From: Bifidobacteriaceae bacterium
GTDB lineage: Bacteria > Actinomycetota > Actinomycetes > Actinomycetales > WQXJ01
NCBI GenBank assembly: GCA_031268215.1
Contig: JAIRXP010000030.1
Span: 44,463-108,462, forward strand
Length of the DNA: 64,000 nt
Reading direction: 5' to 3'
The translations under genes were made by a program, and so were the position numbers. Each line of letters begins with the position of its first letter. Position 1 is the first letter of the stretch. The notes beneath the pieces were generated by a model. It was not told the origin of the DNA. It did not search any database and saw only the letters and a list, made by a program, of their open reading frames with translations. Below are positions 9,811 to 18,495 of this stretch, one piece after another.

Positions 9811-10806
9811 TCAGGCCGCCATCCGCGCCGTTTCGAGACCACCGGCCGCCGGTGCGGTGACCCGGCGCAGCACGCCAGCGATCACCTCATGAGCCACCCC
9901 CGCCTGAGCCGGGGATTCCACCAGCGCCTCCAGGCCGATTATCAAACGGTGCGCCAAGACCGGATGCGCCAGCGCCTTGACGTCATCCGGCGTGACATAG
10001 GCCCGCCCCTGGGCCATAGCGAAGACCTTGGCGCAACGCGCCAGGGCCAGCCCGCCACGGGTCGAGGCTCCAAGCTCACAACGATCATCCATCCGGGTGG
10101 CCTCTGTCACCGAGACTATGTATTCCGCCACCGCCGGAGCGATATGCGCTTGAGCCGCCATCTCGCTTAGCTGAACCACCCGTTCAACCGAAACAACCGG
10201 TTTGACCACCGCTGTCCGGTCGATCCGCGCCGATTCCCGCACCAACGAGACGGTTGTCTCATGGCTTGGATAGCCGAGTTTGGTCCGGATCAGGAAACGG
10301 TCTAGCTGCGCCTCTGGCAGTCGATAAGTACCCAGTTGCTCAATCGGATTTTGGGTCGCAATCACCACAAATGGCGCGGGCAGATCGTGGCTGACGCCAT
10401 CGGCCGTGACCTGCCGCTCCTCCATCGCCTCAAGCAGGGCGGATTGGGTCTTGGGGCTGGCGCGGTTGATCTCATCCGCCAGCAGCACAGAGCAGAAGAC
10501 CGGGCCAGGACGAAACCCGAACTGGCCCGTGTTCTGATTGTAGATACTCGCCCCAATCAGATCCGAAGGCAGCAGGTCGGGCGTGAACTGGACCCTTCCG
10601 TGGGTTCCCGCCACCGCCGCTGCCACGGCCTTGGCCAGGGATGTCTTGCCGGTACCGGGCACATCTTCCAACAGCGCGTGTCCACCCGCCAGCATGGCCG
10701 TCACGACCAAACAAATCGCACTGGGTTTACCAGCGATCACCTTCGCTACGGCGGCGTTGATCGCGGCGAATTCGGTCGCGAATTGGACCGCTTTCTGGTC
10801 ATCCAT
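9811..10806 (-). CDS. moxR: MoxR-family AAA+ ATPase
   Basis: ORF 9811..10914 trimmed to MDDQKAVQFATEF (ATG 10806, 331 aa). Walker A DVPGTGKTSLAKA, Walker B VLLADEINRASPKTQSALLEAMEE, sensor region VIATQNPIE. Confidence 0.9.
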   Translation of the reverse strand: MDDQKAVQFATEFAAINAAVAKVIAGKPSAICLVVTAMLAGGHALLEDVPGTGKTSLAKAVAAAVAGTHGRVQFTPDLLPSDLIGASIYNQNTGQFGFRPGPVFCSVLLADEINRASPKTQSALLEAMEERQVTADGVSHDLPAPFVVIATQNPIEQLGTYRLPEAQLDRFLIRTKLGYPSHETTVSLVRESARIDRTAVVKPVVSVERVVQLSEMAAQAHIAPAVAEYIVSVTEATRMDDRCELGASTRGGLALARCAKVFAMAQGRAYVTPDDVKALAHPVLAHRLIIGLEALVESPAQAGVAHEVIAGVLRRVTAPAAGGLETARMAA

Positions 10807-13800
10807 AGGTCTCCTTGAAGGTCTTATCGTCCGGCACGGCGCCGAACCCGGTTGAGCCGCCATGCCCCGCAGCCGTCTGGAGGCGGGCCACTGAAATGGT
10901 CGAATAGGCCCCAAACTGGAGGCCCGCCTCAGGTTTGGGTTCAGGTTTGGCTATCACGACTCGCGCTTCGGGTGATTCGACACAGATACCACTGGCCGGA
11001 ACGCCAGGAACCAGTCCGATGCCGTCGCCAGAGTTCAAGCAGTACCTCACCTTGGCGGTGTGGATGCCGGCCCCCAAGCCGGTAAACACGGTCTGACCGG
11101 AGGCGATTCGTTGGCCGTCGAAATACCATTCCGGGGACGCCACGAACCCAGCTGGAACCCGGTACCGCGGCCAGGTCACAGCGAGTTCGGCCGCTCCGCC
11201 CACAGTCCCGCCCGGCGTGTCGCCTTGAGCCAGACCCGAAGACGAGTCCGTCCCGGTGTCTCGCTCCCGCCATGTCCAGGCGATTACTGGAGCGACCAGT
11301 GGCTCAAGGCGACCGGGCGGTTGACGGAACGGCCCAGCCGGGTCAGATAACTTCGACCCGCCGTCCGGCTTCAGGCTTTGAGCCATTACCTCAAACTTGG
11401 CGACCTGGCCAGGGTCCAGGCGAACCGCACAGGACGTGTTGGCGCAACCATCTTGGGGCTGGCCGTTGACCAACAGCGAGTAGGCGACACCCGCCCCCGC
11501 ACCCGAGACCTCCTCCCAGGTGACAGTCACAGACCGCTCATCACGCCAAGTCACCCGGGGCCGGGCCGGCTGGCCCGGCTCTCCGTAAGGTGTGACGGAG
11601 TTGAGTCTCAAAGGCACTGACGAGCCCTTGCGGTTGACGGCAGCGACCGAACAGCTATAGGAGACGCCGCCCGCGACATCCCCCAGCGTCAGGTGGGTGG
11701 CCTGGATGGTGCCTCCCATCACCGCACCGTCACACATCACGGTGTAGTAACTGACTGAGCCGCCGTCCGGAGCGGGAGGGGTCCAGTTCAGAGAAATCTG
11801 ATTCTTGCCGGCCGCCGCTTCACCTTCCCGCGGAGAATCCGGCGCCACCTCGTAGTCCAACGTGGCCATGCCAGGCTCGGCCGATTCACCCACCGCGTTG
11901 CGGGCATAAACTTGCGCCCGGTATTGGCCGCCATAAACCAGCCCGCTCCCCCGGCAGCGCGCCGAGGCGGCGCCGGCGCCCGCTTCTTCACAGTCAGCCC
12001 CGGATAGAACCACTCGGTAAGCCTCGACCGGTTCGCCATTGGCAGCCCTACCCGTCACCGGCGTCCAACTCACCAAGGCCCATCCCCGTTCCGCCGGAAC
12101 GGCCGCCACCTGAGCCGGCGGATCCGGCCGGTCGCGCGCGATCACCGTGAACGCCCCAGCCTGAAGCCGCCCAAGACCGTCCTCTACCAGGAAGCTGACC
12201 GCCACGTTGGCGTTGTCCTTGGCCGAGTTCACGGTCACCGCCACCGACTGGCCAACCACCTGAGCGGTGGCATCGCCAGTCACCGCCAAGTCCCTCAGGC
12301 GGGCCGGACGGGACTTCGCCCACGGATCAAAGACTCCCTCCAACACCGGTACCGTTTCCGGCCGTCCCCGTTCAGCCTTAACCACACTGGGCGGATTCGG
12401 CTTGACGGCAGGTTGCTTGGTCTCGGTCACCGTCACGGTTATGGCCAGACCGGTCCGCGGCCGGCCACCGCCATAGGCGAGGGTCACCGGGATGGTCGCC
12501 CGGTCCCCTACGGCCGGCCCCGCGGAAGCCAGGATGGAAACCGCGGTTCCCTTCTGATTGACACTCAACCCTGGCAGGGTGACGGCACCAAGCTGGACGC
12601 TGAGGTCGTTTGGGGCGTCCGGACTCAGGCCATCAATCAGGGTGAAGTCCGCCAAATCAACGACATGGGGGGTCAAGGCGCCGCGTTCGACTCGCGGTGC
12701 CGGATCGGTAAAGCCGACCACTGGTTCACCGCCCGGCAAGACCATCACATCCAGCCACAGCTTCGACTTTTTCAGCCCACTATCGCTGGTGCTGGCTCCA
12801 TCCGCCACCCAGAACTCGATCCGGTCTAGCCCAGCGAAGTCCCCATCAGCCGTATAAGCGATTCCGCGTCCATCCTTGGCGGGCGCCACCTCGCCATGGC
12901 CGGCGGCCAAGTTGCCCGGATTGGCTGGCTCAAACAGGAAGGCGCCGGCGCGGCCCTTGGCCACGGCTACAAACTCATCGAGGACAGCCACCAGCTCTTG
13001 CCCGGCCACCGCCCTGACCGGTCCGGGGGCGGGCCGCAGGTAAGGTGGCCGGGAAATCGGCGGAACAGTGATAGAACCATAGGCCGTCACACCGTCCGCG
13101 TCCGGAGCCCGGTTACGCAGGCCGTAGAAGATGATCGTGGGCAATTGCGGCTGAAGCTGGACAGTCACTTCTGATTCGTTCTTCACAGCCGCATGGGCAG
13201 AAGATTCCTCAGGCAGGAACAACTCCAGATCGCTCGACGGGCCGGACGGGTTGTAGGCCCACTGCGACACATTGATGTCCACAGACGCCTTATCGATCGT
13301 CTCGTGCGGCGGCGAAACAATGTCCTTCGCTCGCGGAGGCGCCACCGCCGCCTCCGGGTCAACCGTCAGATTGACGGAAGCTGAATCAGCCCCGCCCGAG
13401 CCACCGCAGGCGTAGTACACCACCTGGTATTGACCTGGCTGATCCGGCAACGTAACTATCAGCCTGCCCCGCACCGGATCCGCGTAAGCCATCAGATCTG
13501 GGCTAGACAGCCCCAGTTCCCGGTCAGCACAGAAAACAAGGCGGTCCTGGCCGGACAGATCCACGTCATTTGCCAGCACCGGAATCTCCAGTTCCTTGCC
13601 AGGCCGGGCAGTGGCCTTGTCATCCTGGGCCACGACCCCGCCACCGGCCTGACCAGGCGCCGCGACACCGACCGTGACCTGGGCCGTCGCACGGTTCGAG
13701 GCCCAGTCCTCGACCGCATAGGTGAAGGTGTCCGTTCCCGGCAGCTGGTCCGGGCCGGCCCGGTAAGTGATGAAGTCTGGGCCAATCTCAGTGACCGTTC

Positions 13801-16624
13801 CAGACCGCGGATAGGTGTCAAGGCCCTGTTGCAATGACACGCCGTCGCCGTCAGGGTCAATCCCGGTCAGCGGCACCGGGATCTTGACTTCCTCGCCCTG
13901 CCAGACGCGGGCCACCAAATCTCGCGGTCGGGGCGGCGCCTTAACTCTGGCCTCAGCGGAGTGAACCCGGACCGCGAAGACTCCGAGGCTGGAACCACCC
14001 GAATCGTCCACGACTGGTACAGCCACTGACACCGGCTTAGGACAGGGTGTCTCGGGCGCCAAATAGCGGACTGAGCGCACCGAGGCGTAGACGGTGCCGC
14101 ACGCGGGACTCGGTCGGATAGGCGCACCGACGGCAACCATCAAAGCGTCACCATCAGGATCCGAACTCTGCTCCAGGACCGGAATGGTAACTACGCCACC
14201 GGCCCTGACCTGGAGGTCCTTGGGCAGGACCAGCGGATCTTGGTTCGGACCGGGGCCGGCCTGAACAACGCTGATGAGGCCGGTGGCGGTGACCCCGCCA
14301 ACAGAGACGGTGTAGGAAACATCCACGCTCCCGCCACCGGCTATCGCCGTGCCGGCGCTGGAGATCTCCAGGTACTGCCGCCCCACCGGCACTACCTCAA
14401 TGCCCACATCCGGCGGCACATCGAGGCCCGCCAGTACCGGCACGCCGCCCTCCGCCACATCATTGACCAACGGATCAATCAGCGCCGGTAGGCCAGGGCG
14501 GACGTAGACGGCATCCTGAACGGCCACCACCCTGGCATCACCGCCGTCTTCAATATCCATCCGGACCGGCACCTGAGCGGTCAAAGTACCGGACCGGACG
14601 GTCACCGGCACCGAATAGGTATTAGGCGCCGATGCCCTAAAGGTCAAGATTCCAGTGTCAGGATCAACCGTGGCCTCGGTCAAAGGCGCCGGCCCGGTCT
14701 CAAGGGCGAAGACCAGCGGACGAACGTGCGCGGTGCGCAAGGAATCCCGCAGGTCCACCGTTACGGCGTCCTTTACCAGACCGTGGCCTACAACGGGATC
14801 GGCGGTTGGAACCAGCGTTCCCGCTTCGCGGAAATCGACCGTCAGCGCCAACGGTGCGGCCACCGCGCCACGCGTATCCGCTACTGTCAACGAAATCTGG
14901 ACCGGGCGCGGCGACCCGCCCAGATCCCTGACCGTCACTGCGCCATCGGCCTGGAAGGACAGCCGCACGGCCTGGTCGGACGTGGTGGCGGAAACCAATC
15001 GCATCGGGTCACCATCTGGGTCAACGAAATCCGCCAAGGCCCGGTAAGTGGCGGACGCGCCCAATTCCGCGGCCATGCGCGGAGGTTCGGCCGGGCCGGA
15101 TGGAGCCCGGTTAGCACTCGCGTCCACGCTGATATGGACGTTGGCGGAATCGGTCTGGCCGTTGGCGTCTGAAAGCGTATAGGTGAAGGACGCGGCGCCC
15201 ACCCCCGGCTCCGGAGTGAACTGGATGCCGCGGCCGCCCAGAACCAACTCGGCCCGTCCTTGGGCCAAGTCGAGTAAGCCAATCCTGCTGATCGCCAGGG
15301 CACCGCAACTGGTCGCCGAATCGTTACCCAGGACCATCGCGACCACGCTCGCACCAGGCCGGACGCCGTATTCGTCATCGCGGGCCAGAGGTTTGGCGCT
15401 CTTGTCGTCGCATTCCGGCTGGCGGTCATCCGAGGCGGTGTGATCCTGATCTGGGCTCTCCTCAGGCTTCGGATCAATCTGGTCCCAGTTGAGGCGATCA
15501 CGAACACGCCCATCTTGACTCGGCATCCACACGCGACCGTCCTGAACGTCATTAAGGACCACGACCTGCCGGTTGACCCTGAAAACGATCCGCGAATCTG
15601 GGCCAACGCCCTCCAGCGCCCGGCCCACGCTCAACTCGCCACCGCAGGTCGCCAGGTAGTTATCACCGCCATCAGCGCTGGCCGCCCACGCGGCGTGAAC
15701 GCATTCGCCAACGGCCACCGGCACCGCCGCGCGACCGACGTTGCCAGTCCGCCACTCGGTGACTTCACCCCTCGGGTCCACCAGCAGCAACGCTTCCGAT
15801 GTCGCCACGGCCACTCCGTCTCCGGTGGCTATCGGGGTCTGCAACTGGAGGTCTTCAACCCCGCCGTAACTCGACAGATCCACCGACCCGTCCAGTCCTA
15901 CCAGAACCCCTTGGACCAGCACATATGCCCGTCCACCAACCGCCGTGACAGCGTTGATCTGGCCCGACGGCAGGGCTATCCGTCCCAGATCTTGGCGGGC
16001 CGGCGGGCCGGAACCGCCATCCAGCCAGGCCCTGGTGATCCGGCCGTCCTCCGCCACGGCGAAGACATTGCCGTCCGGCGCGATCACCACCCGTCCGGCG
16101 CCCAAAGTCAAGTCTGGCTTGACGGCGGCTGGGTCGAGGCTCGCGGCATCGGCGAACCGCCGCAACCAGATCTGGCCCAAATCCGCGCTGGCGAGCAAGA
16201 CCGCGTCGCCCCCAACGGCCAGCCGCGCGAAGCCCGGGGGTGGCTCCTGCGTCGGCGGATAGGTCGCCAGGTCAGACAGCTTCAGTTCCGCCAGTTCAAC
16301 AGTCCTGAAACCGGTGCCCTGGGCGATGGCCACCTTGGACCCCGCCTGGACCACATCGAAGTCCCCCTCCTCCGGAGCGATTGTGAAACCACCGGTCAGC
16401 TCTTCGATAGCAGCGTTGTAACGAGCCACTTTCCGCTGGTCAGAGGCCAGATTGGTGACCCACACCGAAGCATCGTTGAGGTCAACCGCATCAACTGGGT
16501 AGCCTGGCTGGGCCACCGCCAGACCAGCGATTAGCGCTGGTAAGGCAGCCCAGGCCAGCGCTTTCATCCACTGACGCGGCCGTTGGGGCCGTCCTGTTCG
16601 CTGGAACCGTCGCTTTCGCATCAT
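10799..16624 (-). CDS. Giant (1,941 aa) N-terminally anchored extracytoplasmic protein: propeller-like region, many cadherin/Ig-like repeats, three C-terminal FN3 domains
   Basis: N-terminal basic stretch plus TM (MKALAWAALPALIAGLAVA). Repeats with the motif A.DD......G..v...VL.ND (e.g. ARDDEYGVRPGASVVAMVLGNDS, AQDDKATARPGKELEIPVLANDVD). FN3-like modules (LVSWTPV...YRVVLSG, ISLNWTPPAPDGGSVSYYTV, VTVTWEEVSGAGAGVAYSLLV). ATGA overlap with the upstream pseudokinase gene. Confidence 0.8.
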   Translation of the reverse strand: MMRKRRFQRTGRPQRPRQWMKALAWAALPALIAGLAVAQPGYPVDAVDLNDASVWVTNLASDQRKVARYNAAIEELTGGFTIAPEEGDFDVVQAGSKVAIAQGTGFRTVELAELKLSDLATYPPTQEPPPGFARLAVGGDAVLLASADLGQIWLRRFADAASLDPAAVKPDLTLGAGRVVIAPDGNVFAVAEDGRITRAWLDGGSGPPARQDLGRIALPSGQINAVTAVGGRAYVLVQGVLVGLDGSVDLSSYGGVEDLQLQTPIATGDGVAVATSEALLLVDPRGEVTEWRTGNVGRAAVPVAVGECVHAAWAASADGGDNYLATCGGELSVGRALEGVGPDSRIVFRVNRQVVVLNDVQDGRVWMPSQDGRVRDRLNWDQIDPKPEESPDQDHTASDDRQPECDDKSAKPLARDDEYGVRPGASVVAMVLGNDSATSCGALAISRIGLLDLAQGRAELVLGGRGIQFTPEPGVGAASFTYTLSDANGQTDSANVHISVDASANRAPSGPAEPPRMAAELGASATYRALADFVDPDGDPMRLVSATTSDQAVRLSFQADGAVTVRDLGGSPRPVQISLTVADTRGAVAAPLALTVDFREAGTLVPTADPVVGHGLVKDAVTVDLRDSLRTAHVRPLVFALETGPAPLTEATVDPDTGILTFRASAPNTYSVPVTVRSGTLTAQVPVRMDIEDGGDARVVAVQDAVYVRPGLPALIDPLVNDVAEGGVPVLAGLDVPPDVGIEVVPVGRQYLEISSAGTAIAGGGSVDVSYTVSVGGVTATGLISVVQAGPGPNQDPLVLPKDLQVRAGGVVTIPVLEQSSDPDGDALMVAVGAPIRPSPACGTVYASVRSVRYLAPETPCPKPVSVAVPVVDDSGGSSLGVFAVRVHSAEARVKAPPRPRDLVARVWQGEEVKIPVPLTGIDPDGDGVSLQQGLDTYPRSGTVTEIGPDFITYRAGPDQLPGTDTFTYAVEDWASNRATAQVTVGVAAPGQAGGGVVAQDDKATARPGKELEIPVLANDVDLSGQDRLVFCADRELGLSSPDLMAYADPVRGRLIVTLPDQPGQYQVVYYACGGSGGADSASVNLTVDPEAAVAPPRAKDIVSPPHETIDKASVDINVSQWAYNPSGPSSDLELFLPEESSAHAAVKNESEVTVQLQPQLPTIIFYGLRNRAPDADGVTAYGSITVPPISRPPYLRPAPGPVRAVAGQELVAVLDEFVAVAKGRAGAFLFEPANPGNLAAGHGEVAPAKDGRGIAYTADGDFAGLDRIEFWVADGASTSDSGLKKSKLWLDVMVLPGGEPVVGFTDPAPRVERGALTPHVVDLADFTLIDGLSPDAPNDLSVQLGAVTLPGLSVNQKGTAVSILASAGPAVGDRATIPVTLAYGGGRPRTGLAITVTVTETKQPAVKPNPPSVVKAERGRPETVPVLEGVFDPWAKSRPARLRDLAVTGDATAQVVGQSVAVTVNSAKDNANVAVSFLVEDGLGRLQAGAFTVIARDRPDPPAQVAAVPAERGWALVSWTPVTGRAANGEPVEAYRVVLSGADCEEAGAGAASARCRGSGLVYGGQYRAQVYARNAVGESAEPGMATLDYEVAPDSPREGEAAAGKNQISLNWTPPAPDGGSVSYYTVMCDGAVMGGTIQATHLTLGDVAGGVSYSCSVAAVNRKGSSVPLRLNSVTPYGEPGQPARPRVTWRDERSVTVTWEEVSGAGAGVAYSLLVNGQPQDGCANTSCAVRLDPGQVAKFEVMAQSLKPDGGSKLSDPAGPFRQPPGRLEPLVAPVIAWTWRERDTGTDSSSGLAQGDTPGGTVGGAAELAVTWPRYRVPAGFVASPEWYFDGQRIASGQTVFTGLGAGIHTAKVRYCLNSGDGIGLVPGVPASGICVESPEARVVIAKPEPKPEAGLQFGAYSTISVARLQTAAGHGGSTGFGAVPDDKTFKETYG

Positions 16625-18177
16625 CCCTCACAAATCCGCAGTAGGTCTTGGCTGGTCTTGTCGTCCCGGATCAGGCGCACTTCGACACAGACCGGGCCGA
16701 CACCGAATTCGCGCCGGGGCACCGCGACGCGCACTTCCCCAGTCAGATGGGTCCGCTCCGGCGTTCCGAGGAGTGACCAGCGGTATTGGTCCCCTGGCAG
16801 GGGCGCTGGATTGGTCCAAGCGAAGTACGGATCGCCGGTCGAATCGACTGTCACCGCGCCGTCTGCGAGGACCGGCAATGGGTCGTCTGATCCGATCATC
16901 AGGCTGGAGCCTCCGCTCGTCTCGGCCTGGCCCTCGAGATCCGGTAGGCTCGCCCGCCCGGACCACCAAATCGTCACCGCCAGGCCCACCACCAGCACCG
17001 TTGCCGCCAACACAGCGAGCGTGCCAGACGCTCGAGAGGCCGTCGGCTCCTCGCTGGCAGTGGCACGGGCGTTGGTTCTCGGGCGGTTCCTTGGGCCGTC
17101 CAGGCTGGAGCTTCGCAGTGGTCGCGGGCCCGCCGACAGGCGGGTTGGCCCTGGCACGTTCCTGGCCGCCTGGCCTCCCCAGGCAGCGCCCGATGCCGTC
17201 TGGTCAGGTACCAGCCAAGTCTCCTTTACCGGCACCACGGCCTGGATGGACGGAGGCATCGCCTGCCTGGCCGGCATCGCGATCGGGACGGGATCCGTAG
17301 CCGGCAACAGGGGCGCTTTCTTGGTGTTTGATGGCGCCGGTTCGCGCCGCGTAAGCGGCTCCTGGGAAGCCACTGCGGGCAGTGGCGGCTCGGCTCCGCC
17401 CAACACAGCTGCCAGCGCCGCCGAAAACTCAGCCATGGTGGAATAGCGGTCCAACGCGTCTGGAGCCAGGGCCGCGGCCATCACGGCGGCCAGAGTCCGC
17501 GGCAGGCCCGCCCTGGTCAAGGGCTCGACCTCCGCCGCGCGGGCAGCGGGGGTTTTCTTCGCTCCGTCCACGCCGGACCCCGCAATCAGCGCATATAGGG
17601 TCGCCGCCAGCGAATAGACGTCAACAGCCGGCGCCGCCGACACCCCACCGCTGCCGGCCTCAGGCGCTGCCCATCCAAGTTGCTCGCCACTAGCTCGGTA
17701 TGGTGCGCCTATCGCTGTGGCGGCGCCAAAACCCGTCACTACCGGGCCATAGGCTGTGAATACGATGTGCTCCGGCCTAACAGCGCCGTGGATAACTCCG
17801 GCCGCGTGAACTGAACCAAGAACCTCCGCCAAAGCCAGTGCGATGCGCACCGCCGGCCCCCATGGCATTGACCGCGCTGTACACGCCGTTTCAACGCTGA
17901 CACCCTCCGCCAATTCCGTAACCAGGACGCTAAGCCCGTCGCCGACGGCCTGCTGATCGACTAAATGGGTGACCCCGGCGACATCTTTCAGTTTGGCCAG
18001 AATGGCGGCCTCGCTCCTGATCGAAGCGTCCGGGCCAAGCCTGACCAGGCGCGGTGCGCCTGTAACCGAGTCGCTCAGGCGGAACAAATGGCCGTCGCCG
18101 GTCGTTCCCGCCGCCAACGCCTCGCCGCCGGTCAATCCGGGTAGACGCGGCAAAAGCATCTGGCGCAACTCGGTCAT
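16621..18177 (-). CDS. Membrane-anchored Hanks-type Ser/Thr protein kinase-like protein, predicted pseudokinase
   Basis: 518 aa. Kinase-fold landmarks are retained (hinge LVTELAEG, GWAAPE, DVYSLAATLYALIAG). Catalytic motifs are degenerate (LVRL for VAxK, HGAVRPEH for HRDxKPxN, GFG for DFG). Pro/Ala linker, one TM (LAVLAATVLVVGLAVTIWW), ~110-aa outside domain. AGGA Shine-Dalgarno-like (SD) sequence before ATG 18177. Confidence 0.75.
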   Translation of the reverse strand: MTELRQMLLPRLPGLTGGEALAAGTTGDGHLFRLSDSVTGAPRLVRLGPDASIRSEAAILAKLKDVAGVTHLVDQQAVGDGLSVLVTELAEGVSVETACTARSMPWGPAVRIALALAEVLGSVHAAGVIHGAVRPEHIVFTAYGPVVTGFGAATAIGAPYRASGEQLGWAAPEAGSGGVSAAPAVDVYSLAATLYALIAGSGVDGAKKTPAARAAEVEPLTRAGLPRTLAAVMAAALAPDALDRYSTMAEFSAALAAVLGGAEPPLPAVASQEPLTRREPAPSNTKKAPLLPATDPVPIAMPARQAMPPSIQAVVPVKETWLVPDQTASGAAWGGQAARNVPGPTRLSAGPRPLRSSSLDGPRNRPRTNARATASEEPTASRASGTLAVLAATVLVVGLAVTIWWSGRASLPDLEGQAETSGGSSLMIGSDDPLPVLADGAVTVDSTGDPYFAWTNPAPLPGDQYRWSLLGTPERTHLTGEVRVAVPRREFGVGPVCVEVRLIRDDKTSQDLLRICEG

Positions 18178-18495
18178 TCCGTCCTTTCATCATCACACTC
18201 GCCATGAAGAGCGCTGCGAGCGCCACTTTGGGGGCGAGACTTCGTGTGCCCGCGCCCCGGGAAGATTCCAGGGTAGGTGGAGTCCGGCCCCTTCCGGGCC
18301 CGCTCAGCGGAATCTGTGGATAACTTTCTCCGGTCCAAGGTGATCCGTCTGACCGGGTCAATGACGCCTGCGGGTGAGCCAAGTTTCGCTTACTCGAGGT
18401 CCGCGTGAACTGGCTTGACGGCATCGGCGGTTGTCAACCAAGGTGGTTCCTGTCCCCAACCTGGGCAAGAACGACGGGGAGTATGTTCGAGGGCC

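Noticed and set aside
15440-16534. Long + strand ORFs inside minus-strand genes (e.g. 15440..16534 364 aa, 16583..17446 287 aa, 52836..53564 242 aa, 3809..4516 235 aa, 9236..9892 218 aa, 27156..27824 222 aa, 50676..51305 209 aa)
   Set aside because: These are typical high-GC antisense open frames: Arg/Pro/Gly/Ala-rich products with no motifs, each fully nested in a well-supported gene on the other strand.
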